A DNA stretch of 42,960 nucleotides from IMG/VR virus record IMGVR_UViG_3300025825_000008, one strand, 5' to 3'. Numbering within the stretch: the stretch's first letter is position 1; the number at the start of each line of letters is the position of its first letter. Of this stretch, positions 33,763 to 41,168 are shown piece by piece. A program made the position numbers and the translations under genes. The stretch is from a virus. Under the pieces are notes generated by a model. The model saw nothing but the letters and a program-made list of their open reading frames with translations. It had not been told where the DNA came from and made no database searches.

Positions 33763-34066
33763 CTTTATCCTCCAAAACTATTTCACTTTTTTGTATATAC
33801 CTAACCTTTAATTCCCCATTTTCATGATAAGTTTGTTTGACTATTAATCCATCTTTACATAGCATTTCAGCTTCCATTAAAGGAGTTTTGATTGCTTCAT
33901 ATAAAGCTTGCATAGCTGCAATTTGCATATCTTTAAAAGTACTTTGTTTATTACGCGTATCTTTCATTAAATAAACACTTGCATCTTCAATAACAGATAC
34001 AGGTATTGCTTCAAGATAAGCAATAAAATCTTCAGCAGTTATTACAGTTGTTTCTGCTTTACTCAT
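33752..34066 (-). CDS. Hypothetical protein (104 aa)
   Basis: RBS GGAG. 8-nt ATGAGTAA overlap with the upstream gene. Confidence 0.55.
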   Translation of the reverse strand: MSKAETTVITAEDFIAYLEAIPVSVIEDASVYLMKDTRNKQSTFKDMQIAAMQALYEAIKTPLMEAEMLCKDGLIVKQTYHENGELKVRYIQKSEIVLEDKDEK

Positions 34067-34316
34067 TTATAACTCCATAGTTAGGTTTTTTAATAATTGA
34101 ACTAATGTGATTAGGGTCTAAAGTTAACTTTTTAAATAAGCTAAAATGTTTGTACTCCTCATCATTTGCTGGTAATAATATCACTAAGTTTTTACGCCAT
34201 TTTAATAATGTATCTTTATCAATAATTTTATTAGTAATATTAATACCTTTTTCTTTAGGTAAAATCTTTTTGAAATATTCTGTTGTGTAATAAATATATA
34301 ATGTTTTACTTACCAT
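34059..34316 (-). CDS. Hypothetical protein (85 aa)
   Basis: RBS AGGAGA. No motif recognised. Confidence 0.55.
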   Translation of the reverse strand: MVSKTLYIYYTTEYFKKILPKEKGINITNKIIDKDTLLKWRKNLVILLPANDEEYKHFSLFKKLTLDPNHISSIIKKPNYGVINE

Positions 34317-34325
34317 TTAGTTCTC

Positions 34326-35642
34326 CTAGTTTGTAAATACTTTATGGCTAGCTCTTGATATAGCCACATATAATAGTTTTAAATACATAGTGTAATCTTT
34401 TTTAGCGCATATAGCTAAGTCTTGAGTATCTATATAAACATGTTCGTAAGTGCTACCTTGTGACTTATGCACAGTCATTGCATGCACAAAGTCTAAACAT
34501 ATAACACAATTTTTAAAACTTAAATAGTTTTTCCATGCTTGATTTCTACTTTTAGCTAAGGGGTTTTGCCAATTTATTTGGGCCCATTTAGTTAATTCTT
34601 TTGCTTCTACACTGTATTTAGCTTTTATTTGATTATTTATAAACACTGCTTTATTAGCTAGGTATGATTGTACCTCAAGATAATTAGCATGGCCAAATAC
34701 AACAGCTCTTATTTCTTCTTCTCCTTTAGCATTTACCAAAGTATAAAATTTAATACCTTCCATTTGATGTAATGTTTCAAGAGTTTTGTGTTTGCTGTCA
34801 ACTTCCAATAGCTTATCATCATACATAAGTATATAAGGCGTAACTGTATCTATACTAATAATAGTATATTTTTCTCTTTTAGTAGGGCTAAATACTTCAT
34901 CACCTAAAATAGGTTCTATTTTACCCTCAATTTCACTATTAAGCTTTTGCACGGTTTTATTTGTATAAGCCAGTATAACTTTTTCCCTATCATCTCTTTT
35001 AAATTCTTTAACTATATCTATATCTCTAATTAGTGTTTCATGAGGTAATAAGGCCTTAGCTTCTTCACCATTAATATAATCATTAAGAGTAAGTAAAGTC
35101 TCCTGTAGCTCATTATCCCCAGATTGTCTATATATTTTAGTTAATTTACACCAAAAAGGTCCTTTAGGTACTATAGCTATCATATCTTTAACAGGTGGTA
35201 GCTGATTAGGGTCACCTATATAAACTACTTTCATAACTAGCTCACCATCTTCATCATATTGTAAGGCAGCTATGTCTACATAATCTCGCTCGCCAACCAT
35301 ACTAAATTCATCTATAAATAATAAAGTAATTTTTTCTGCCCCACCCGTAATGGTGCTACTTTCTACGTGCTGACGGCTAACAGCATTACCATTAACAGTT
35401 GGTCGTTTTGTTAAATAACTATGTAATGTACATATTACAGCTTTTGCAGGTAATTTTTTCCTCAGCACATTACACGCTTTATGAGTAAAAGCACTAACTA
35501 TTGGCTGTATATTGTGTTCTAAACAATGCTTAACTAAAGTTTTTAGCGATGTTGTTTTACCGGTGCCAGCTACACCTGTTATATACATATCAGGTTCATC
35601 CGACTCCAAGAATGCAAAAAACATATCTTCTAATTCACTCAT
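34326..35642 (-). CDS. SF1 RecD/Dda-like DNA helicase
   Basis: Walker A GVAGTGKTT, Walker B LLFIDEFSMVG, and C-terminal MTVHKSQGSTYEHVYID (RecD/Dda motif). Start moved from the track TTG (35672) to the ATG at 35642 (MSELEDMFF), which overlaps the upstream TGA (ATGA). Confidence 0.8.
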   Translation of the reverse strand: MSELEDMFFAFLESDEPDMYITGVAGTGKTTSLKTLVKHCLEHNIQPIVSAFTHKACNVLRKKLPAKAVICTLHSYLTKRPTVNGNAVSRQHVESSTITGGAEKITLLFIDEFSMVGERDYVDIAALQYDEDGELVMKVVYIGDPNQLPPVKDMIAIVPKGPFWCKLTKIYRQSGDNELQETLLTLNDYINGEEAKALLPHETLIRDIDIVKEFKRDDREKVILAYTNKTVQKLNSEIEGKIEPILGDEVFSPTKREKYTIISIDTVTPYILMYDDKLLEVDSKHKTLETLHQMEGIKFYTLVNAKGEEEIRAVVFGHANYLEVQSYLANKAVFINNQIKAKYSVEAKELTKWAQINWQNPLAKSRNQAWKNYLSFKNCVICLDFVHAMTVHKSQGSTYEHVYIDTQDLAICAKKDYTMYLKLLYVAISRASHKVFTN

Positions 35643-35998
35643 TTTGGTACCCCTTGCGTTTGTAATTTCCAAGTAGCTTTAATTTTAATCGTTAAAGCTT
35701 CTAATTGTGCTTTAAATTCAGGCGCATCATGTTTTATACGCTCTTCAATATTATTAATAGCATTAATAATTGTTCTATTAAAAGCATAAGCAATTTGAGT
35801 TAATGAATTATATGTTAATTCATTACATAAGTACATAGTTATATGCCTATAGTGTACAATTTTAGCTTTTCTAGATTTATGCTTTAAATCTTCCACACTA
35901 AAACCATACTCAAAAGCAACTATTCTTTGAATATGTGACATTTTTATAGCTTCAGTTTTTCCTAACTTTTTACTAATTTGTGTTATTGGTTCACTCAT
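35639..35998 (-). CDS. DnaA domain IV-like (DnaA C-terminal HTH) DNA-binding protein
   Basis: 119 aa. HIQRIVAFEYGFSVEDLKHKSRKAKIVHYRHITMYLCNELTYNSLTQIAYAFNRTIINAINNIEERI aligns to E. coli DnaA [70 protein letters not shown]. The DHTTV loop is shortened. Confidence 0.7.
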   Translation of the reverse strand: MSEPITQISKKLGKTEAIKMSHIQRIVAFEYGFSVEDLKHKSRKAKIVHYRHITMYLCNELTYNSLTQIAYAFNRTIINAINNIEERIKHDAPEFKAQLEALTIKIKATWKLQTQGVPK

Positions 35999-36158
35999 AA
36001 CCTAAATCCGATAATTTAATACAATCAACACTAGCGTAAATATTATATTTTTCGTTTAATAGATGATTGTTATACTTATTTTGAATACGCTTACAATCTT
36101 CATAAGAAATTATAGCAGTCGAAAACGCTCCATAAATAGATATAATAATTAAAGCCAT
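35991..36158 (-). CDS. Small protein with N-terminal hydrophobic segment (55 aa, not in ORF track)
   Basis: MALIIISIYGAFSTAIISYEDCKRIQNKYNNHLLNEKYNIYASVDCIKLSDLGYE. Strong RBS AAGGAG. 8-nt ATGAGTGA overlap with the DnaA-IV gene. Confidence 0.5.
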   Translation of the reverse strand: MALIIISIYGAFSTAIISYEDCKRIQNKYNNHLLNEKYNIYASVDCIKLSDLGYE

Positions 36159-36219
36159 TAGGTTACTCCTTAAATAATTATAAGTATTTTTATAATAAAC
36201 TTATAGTAATAAGTTAAAA

Positions 36220-36333
36220 TTATTTAACAAAATAGTCATTAAATGCAGTTATTAAAAAACCTATTATAAAAAATATACCTAACTTTATAACTATATCTTG
36301 ATGTTTATATAATAAAGCAATATACTCGTCCAT
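36220..36333 (-). CDS. Small membrane protein (37 aa, not in ORF track)
   Basis: MDEYIALLYKHQDIVIKLGIFFIIGFLITAFNDYFVK. TAATG overlap with the primase stop. RBS AAAGGG. Confidence 0.4.
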   Translation of the reverse strand: MDEYIALLYKHQDIVIKLGIFFIIGFLITAFNDYFVK

Positions 36334-38597
36334 TATTCTAACCCTTTTATTTGTTGTTTAGCTTCGTCAAGTAAAAAGTCTTCTTCTTTTTGCTCAACTT
36401 GTTTAAAGTTATGTAAATCATTTATGTAGTAATAAAAATGATTTTCACCTTTTTTAGTTGTATGGCTTCTTTTAAAGCCTTCTCTTTTCATAAGTCTTAT
36501 TAATGTTCTTGTTGAGCCTGCTCCCTCAGTCATGGCCATATATAAAGCTTCTAATCTTTCGCTTTCAAGTCTATTCTTTTCCCACATTTCATCTATGGAA
36601 GGCGTACTAAATTCTGAAGCTAATTCTTTAAGCATATCAAATTGGCTATTACGAACGTAGTAAACAATTTGCTCCGCTGCAGGTAAGCTATCAATTATTA
36701 ACTTTTCTTTATCTTCATTCATAGGAGCAATAACATATTTATCGCTAGACAGTTTAGGTATTTCAGTTCCTAAATAATAACAAAAGTCTTGTGTTTCCTG
36801 TTTAATCCTATCTTGTACATTAGATATACCTCCCATATCTTTTACCCAAGGTTGTGCTTCCAATTTATTAGGAGTATTAATAAAGGCAAAACGCCTATCG
36901 TCCATTTCAACAGGTAAAGGATTATTATTAGCTGTCATAATAAAACTAATACAATGCTTATAATTAAAACCATCCGAGCGCATAGCTCTTATTTGCATTT
37001 CTTCACTACCTGTATAAGCCTTTAGCTTACCTAATACTTCTTGTTTTTCATTATTTCTAGTTAGCTTATTTCCATATTCGTCCAATTGAATAAAAAATTT
37101 ATCCAGCATCCACCCATTATATTGTTCAACAAATACCCTTGTATCGGGTTTTGACACATACTCGTCACCAATTATACGCCTTATAATGTTAACTAATGTG
37201 TCTTTACCACTTCCCGGCTTACCTATTAAATATATTATAATTGGTGAATATTTAAAAGTTGTAAACTTAGTTTTTAAAAAGCTAAGTACAAACATACGCA
37301 TTGTATCATCAGGTATTAAACTCTCTAAATAATTCAAAGTTGCAATTGGTTTGTTATAATTAGTTTTATACGGTAATGGATTATTTATAATAGCTAATTC
37401 TTCACTTTGCCTAAATAAATTATACCTATCTGTAGCTTCAATATGCCCAAACTCTAATGAAGGATTTAATACAGTACGCACTATTTGCTTTGTACTATCG
37501 TATTGCATTTCAGTAACAGAACGCCCCATTAAAGTTTTTAAAGTATTTATAACCTGTCTTTTTTCGTTAAATCCTTTTATATAAGGTACACTATAATTAA
37601 TTAAGTAGTAAGTACTTTTAATATCATCAAAAAAGCTTTCTAAATAGTCACCATTTATTGCAGTTGCTATAAAACCCATTTTTTCCCAATGAGGGTCATA
37701 TTGCCATATAGGTACACCATTTATAGTTGCTTTACTTTCAACCATTGGATTAACTATAGTTGAAAATAATGTTGCACGATTTAGAGGTTTTTCCCAAAAA
37801 CTATTGATTAGCAGCATAGTTCTTGTATAAGTCTCAACATTAACAGAAATATCTGCGCCTAATATAGCACTAACTTTGCTTAAATACTCGCTACCACGAC
37901 CGTTGGGAATATCATTGGGATGTAAATGTCCTTTTTTAACATAACTAGGTAAATCCCTAAAGCTATATGGTGTAATAATCTTAAACAATCCTGGGTCGTA
38001 TTTTTCATTTTTTACAAACACATCTAATAAAGGTGCTAGTCTATTAGATATTGTTGTTTTCACCTGATTTGATTTTGCAACATTATCAGGTCTTTTAGAT
38101 TTTAAAGTTTTTAATAAAGCTAATATATTAGAAGGCGCTTCTTTTATTTCAGGTAATTCAGTTTTACCAACCCAACTTTCTTTTGTATAATTTTCTTCTG
38201 TTGGTAAATATACACAACCCTCATCGCTAAAAAAGTCAAGTTCTAAGCAATCATTTTTAAGTTGAAAACCACCCACTTTATCCGTATATTTATATAGTAT
38301 AGTACCACCACCCTCAGGTTTCCCTTTACTAACAAAGTGAAAGTTATAGTTGGGGTCCAAACTTTTAAATATATCATAAGTAGCTTGGTTGTCGCAATCT
38401 ATAGCTATAATATTAGACTGCTTACCTGTTAGAGCGGCAGCTAATAAGGTTGTTTTAGTGTTAAATTCTTTCGCATATTTTTTATTCCAATCTTTTTCAT
38501 ATATAGGGATTGTTTTCTTACCGCTTTCAAGACGTTTTAACTCGCCTTTAAGCGGTACAGTGTACCAACCCGCTTTTATAAATAATTCAATTAGCAT
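36333..38597 (-). CDS. Bifunctional primase-polymerase (Prim-Pol) / SF3 (D5/P4-type) helicase
   Basis: 754 aa. N-terminal Prim-Pol features (GWYTVPLKG, IIAIDCD). Central Walker A GKPGSGKDT and Walker B-like FIQLDEYG. Confidence 0.8.
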   Translation of the reverse strand: MLIELFIKAGWYTVPLKGELKRLESGKKTIPIYEKDWNKKYAKEFNTKTTLLAAALTGKQSNIIAIDCDNQATYDIFKSLDPNYNFHFVSKGKPEGGGTILYKYTDKVGGFQLKNDCLELDFFSDEGCVYLPTEENYTKESWVGKTELPEIKEAPSNILALLKTLKSKRPDNVAKSNQVKTTISNRLAPLLDVFVKNEKYDPGLFKIITPYSFRDLPSYVKKGHLHPNDIPNGRGSEYLSKVSAILGADISVNVETYTRTMLLINSFWEKPLNRATLFSTIVNPMVESKATINGVPIWQYDPHWEKMGFIATAINGDYLESFFDDIKSTYYLINYSVPYIKGFNEKRQVINTLKTLMGRSVTEMQYDSTKQIVRTVLNPSLEFGHIEATDRYNLFRQSEELAIINNPLPYKTNYNKPIATLNYLESLIPDDTMRMFVLSFLKTKFTTFKYSPIIIYLIGKPGSGKDTLVNIIRRIIGDEYVSKPDTRVFVEQYNGWMLDKFFIQLDEYGNKLTRNNEKQEVLGKLKAYTGSEEMQIRAMRSDGFNYKHCISFIMTANNNPLPVEMDDRRFAFINTPNKLEAQPWVKDMGGISNVQDRIKQETQDFCYYLGTEIPKLSSDKYVIAPMNEDKEKLIIDSLPAAEQIVYYVRNSQFDMLKELASEFSTPSIDEMWEKNRLESERLEALYMAMTEGAGSTRTLIRLMKREGFKRSHTTKKGENHFYYYINDLHNFKQVEQKEEDFLLDEAKQQIKGLE

Positions 38598-38613
38598 AAT
38601 TAATTATTATTTT

Positions 38614-38931
38614 CTAGTTCAACACTTCCCAACGTCCTAAAGGCATTTTCCCCACATATACAACACTAGAAGGATTAGACACTACTTTTTTACTTTCTTT
38701 AGCTAACCATTTAGGGTATAAGCTATTATATATAGTTGCTGAAACTTCTTTAGGGGTATTTTCATTATGTAGAGCAGATACATAACTAAATAATTTAGCT
38801 AAAGTTGGTGGTGTTATACTACCCTCAAGATTATATTCTTTAATAAGCTTTAATACAGGTACACCAAAACTATACTTTGTGTGCATATTTTCAAGTAAAG
38901 ATTCTTGTATTAGTGTAATCGGGCGTCCCAT
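38614..38931 (-). CDS. Hypothetical protein (105 aa; possible DNA-binding)
   Basis: Strong RBS AAGGAG. First gene after the promoter at 39004..39032. Confidence 0.55.
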   Translation of the reverse strand: MGRPITLIQESLLENMHTKYSFGVPVLKLIKEYNLEGSITPPTLAKLFSYVSALHNENTPKEVSATIYNSLYPKWLAKESKKVVSNPSSVVYVGKMPLGRWEVLN

Positions 38932-39003
38932 TATTTTACTCCTTTTAGTTACTTTACAGGCAATACCGACTGTAATATCATTTACTATTTTTTATTATTA
39001 TAT

Positions 39004-39032
39004 ATTATATATTATTATTATTATTTTGTAAA
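39004..39032 (-). promoter_or_regulatory. Sigma70-like promoter TTTACA-N17-TATAAT (replication operon)
   Basis: Minus strand: -35 TTTACA = 39027..39032, 17-nt spacer, -10 TATAAT = 39004..39009. About 70 nt upstream of the ATG at 38931. Confidence 0.5.
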
Positions 39033-39186
39033 TAAATAAATTGAAAATTTTTTGCGTTATATACGTTACATAATATAAGTTGTAATATCTTATTATTCGG
39101 TCATTACATAATGATAAGATATCCTCTATGCAAAATATTTTTATCGTTATATGAAGCTATAAAATGTTTCAATAGTATTACAAAAT

Positions 39187-39218
39187 ATAAAGCCCTACTA
39201 GAAATAGTAGGGCTTTAT
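39187..39218 (-). terminator. Rho-independent terminator (works on both strands)
   Basis: ATAAAGCCCTACTA-GAAA-TAGTAGGGCTTTAT, a perfect 14-bp stem with a GAAA tetraloop, 25 nt after the stop at 39243. AUUUU follows on the minus strand. Confidence 0.8.
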
Positions 39219-39242
39219 TTGTGTCAAATATAACAACTAATA

Positions 39243-39746
39243 TTATGCTGTTGCTGGTGTGAAAGTTAAACCCTCATTTTCGAGATAAGTATTAATCTCT
39301 TCAGCACTAGCAAAACCTAGGTCAGTATCTACAATTGATTTTCTAGTCTCTTCAATTTTAGCCTGCTCGGCAAGAATATTTTCAGGAGCAATGTCACCAT
39401 TAGCAACTTTATTAAGCAATTCTGCGTTTGCATTTTTAGCTTCTCTTTGCTGTTTAGTCCAGTGTGATACACCTTCTTTACACATGGAATTAAAGCCTGT
39501 TGCAGTTCTAACTTTTGTACCAAACTCAACAGCAGATTCACCTACTAAAGGCATCCACCTTTTAAAGTAGTAGCATTTAATAGCAATAGTATTTCCATCA
39601 TTATCCTTAATAAAATTTCCGCCAACTTCACCGCGTGAGCTTTTAGCCGAAACTAGTTCAACAACTTGGTCAATAACATCGGATACTTTAGCATCTTTAT
39701 TAGAATTTAGTAAGTCAACAATAGGTTGATAAGCTTTTTTAATCAT
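39243..39746 (-). CDS. Hypothetical early protein (167 aa) in its own promoter-terminator unit
   Basis: Start moved from the track start at 39782 to Met13 (ATG 39746, RBS AAGGAT). The upstream 36 nt belong to a structured leader. No motif recognised. Confidence 0.6.
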   Translation of the reverse strand: MIKKAYQPIVDLLNSNKDAKVSDVIDQVVELVSAKSSRGEVGGNFIKDNDGNTIAIKCYYFKRWMPLVGESAVEFGTKVRTATGFNSMCKEGVSHWTKQQREAKNANAELLNKVANGDIAPENILAEQAKIEETRKSIVDTDLGFASAEEINTYLENEGLTFTPATA

Positions 39747-39817
39747 TATAATAATCCTTATTAGAATTGATTCTCTTCGCACTGTGCCTGGTGAGAATCG
39801 TTACCAGTTATATATAT

Positions 39818-39846
39818 ATTATATTATATATATAAACAAATGTAAA
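39818..39846 (-). promoter_or_regulatory. Sigma70-like promoter TTGTTTACA-N17-TATAAT
   Basis: Minus strand: -35 TTTACA = 39841..39846, 17-nt spacer, -10 TATAAT = 39818..39823. Confidence 0.55.
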
Positions 39847-39879
39847 CAATTAATTCACAATTAATTCACAATTAATTCA
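39847..39879. repeat. Perfect 3 x 11-bp tandem repeat (CAATTAATTCA) abutting the -35 element
   Basis: 39847..39857, 39858..39868 and 39869..39879 are identical. The period is about one helical turn. Immediately upstream (in the minus-strand sense) of the promoter at 39818..39846. Confidence 0.95.
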
Positions 39880-39896
39880 TATATATATAATAAATA

Positions 39897-40052
39897 TTAT
39901 TTTGCAACAATATTGAAGTACAACACTTTTGCTACATACTTCTTTTGTTTAATTGTTGCTTTACCTATTGCAACTAAGTTAGCAACAATTAAAGCATTCT
40001 TTAGTTTAGTTTTAAATAATTTGCTGTCAGTTATATTAATAACATTACTCAT
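39897..40052 (-). CDS. Small hypothetical protein (51 aa, not in ORF track)
   Basis: MSNVINITDSKLFKTKLKNALIVANLVAIGKATIKQKKYVAKVLYFNIVAK. ATGAGTAA overlap with the upstream stop. RBS GAGG. Confidence 0.4.
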   Translation of the reverse strand: MSNVINITDSKLFKTKLKNALIVANLVAIGKATIKQKKYVAKVLYFNIVAK

Positions 40053-40209
40053 ATTTAACCTCAACTAATTCTGCGTCAATCCCAGCGCTTTTTAAATCAG
40101 CTTTACAGAATTCAGCCGTACTTTTGTTGGCGAATGGAATTTCAACATTTTTATTGTGAACTATGTACTTTAATATATAGTAATATTCATGTTTCTTATT
40201 TGTCGGCAT
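40045..40209 (-). CDS. Hypothetical protein (54 aa; start uncertain)
   Basis: The track uses a GTG at 40251, which overlaps denV by 56 nt. The ATG at 40209 (MPTNKKHEYYY...) has a G-rich RBS and only a 14-nt overlap. Confidence 0.45.
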   Translation of the reverse strand: MPTNKKHEYYYILKYIVHNKNVEIPFANKSTAEFCKADLKSAGIDAELVEVKYE

Positions 40210-40603
40210 TGCGGGCCCCCATTTCAGCCAATCGTATATTGATACGCTCACGATTGATATGTTTATCTAATTCGCTAGGCGTCCAATTATTCCAATATGT
40301 AGCAAATATAGCATCGTCGATACATTTATTACGATGCTCTTTATGACAATTAGCTAGGTTTGTTGTCATACCTCGCTTTTGCATCTCATTGCATAACTGG
40401 ATATGCCTTATAGCTAAATATCCTAATTTATCATAAAAGAATTTAACATGGCCTGCGCCCATAGTATAGCTATGCACAGTTTGTTTATAACCCCGCAAAT
40501 AAGCGTTATAAGCAAGTGTAAATACTCGCGGTAGCTCGCGGTATTCAGCAAGTAAATGCTTATCATGTAACTCATTTGGCGGAATGCAATTAATTCTAGT
40601 CAT
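40196..40603 (-). CDS. denV: Pyrimidine-dimer DNA glycosylase (T4 endonuclease V family)
   Basis: 135 aa. [28 protein letters not shown]...[15 protein letters not shown] versus T4 DenV [28 protein letters not shown]...GAGHVTFFYDKLEFL. The N-terminal Thr2 and Glu23 are conserved. Confidence 0.9.
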   Translation of the reverse strand: [135 protein letters not shown]

Positions 40604-40658
40604 AGGTTAAAACCTCCGATTATATTACGTTAGTTTACTTTTTAGCCGCACTGCTTAC

Positions 40659-40919
40659 CTAATAATATTCTTCATACATTTGTAGCGCAAACATATTTTC
40701 TAATTTATAGATATGTTCTAATTGAGCTAGTAAATGTTTTAACGCTTTTATTTTACCCATAGCCTTATCAATTCTAATCGCATTATAAAGCTCATTGTCC
40801 ACCAAATAAACAATATAATACGTCTTTGATTCTTTGACTGATTGTGTCATTAAATGAGTTTCGACCTGATTGCGGAGATTCTCTATTTCTCTCACATTCT
40901 CTATAATATTTTGTGTCAT
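40659..40919 (-). CDS. Hypothetical coiled-coil protein (86 aa)
   Basis: ATG with a GGGAAA RBS. Overlaps the 3' 128 nt of ORF 40792..40986 in another frame. Confidence 0.5.
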   Translation of the reverse strand: MTQNIIENVREIENLRNQVETHLMTQSVKESKTYYIVYLVDNELYNAIRIDKAMGKIKALKHLLAQLEHIYKLENMFALQMYEEYY

Positions 40920-40986
40920 AGTATTTCCCTAATATAAAGGTTAAAATTGTTGCGATTAGTACTAGTAGTATTAACTTAACCCACAT
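40792..40986 (-). CDS. Possible small N-terminally TM-anchored protein (64 aa; doubtful 3' half)
   Basis: MWVKLILLVLIATILTFILGKYY... The ATG overlaps the upstream stop by 11 nt. The long out-of-frame overlap with 40659..40919 makes one of the two calls questionable. Confidence 0.3.
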   Translation of the reverse strand: MWVKLILLVLIATILTFILGKYYDTKYYRECERNRESPQSGRNSFNDTISQRIKDVLYCLFGGQ

Positions 40987-41167
40987 AATGGCTAATCGTA
41001 ATAGCGATTAAAATAATTATAAATGCTATTATATTCAGCCTATTAGCTAGTTTAATTAATTTTGGCCAGGGTGAAGGCTTTTTAGCTATATAAGCTTCAC
41101 CAGTGGAATCTAAAAGTAAATAGAAGTTTGCACGCCTATTAACCCATTTATAGTAAATTGTTTTCAC
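40976..41167 (-). CDS. Small C-terminally TM-anchored protein (63 aa)
   Basis: Start moved from the track GTG (41224) to the GTG at 41167, which has a perfect AGGAGG 6 nt upstream and lies 1 nt after the LRR stop. VKTIYYKWVNRR...NIIAFIIILIAITI. Confidence 0.5.
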   Translation of the reverse strand: MKTIYYKWVNRRANFYLLLDSTGEAYIAKKPSPWPKLIKLANRLNIIAFIIILIAITISHYVG

Positions 41168-41168
41168 T

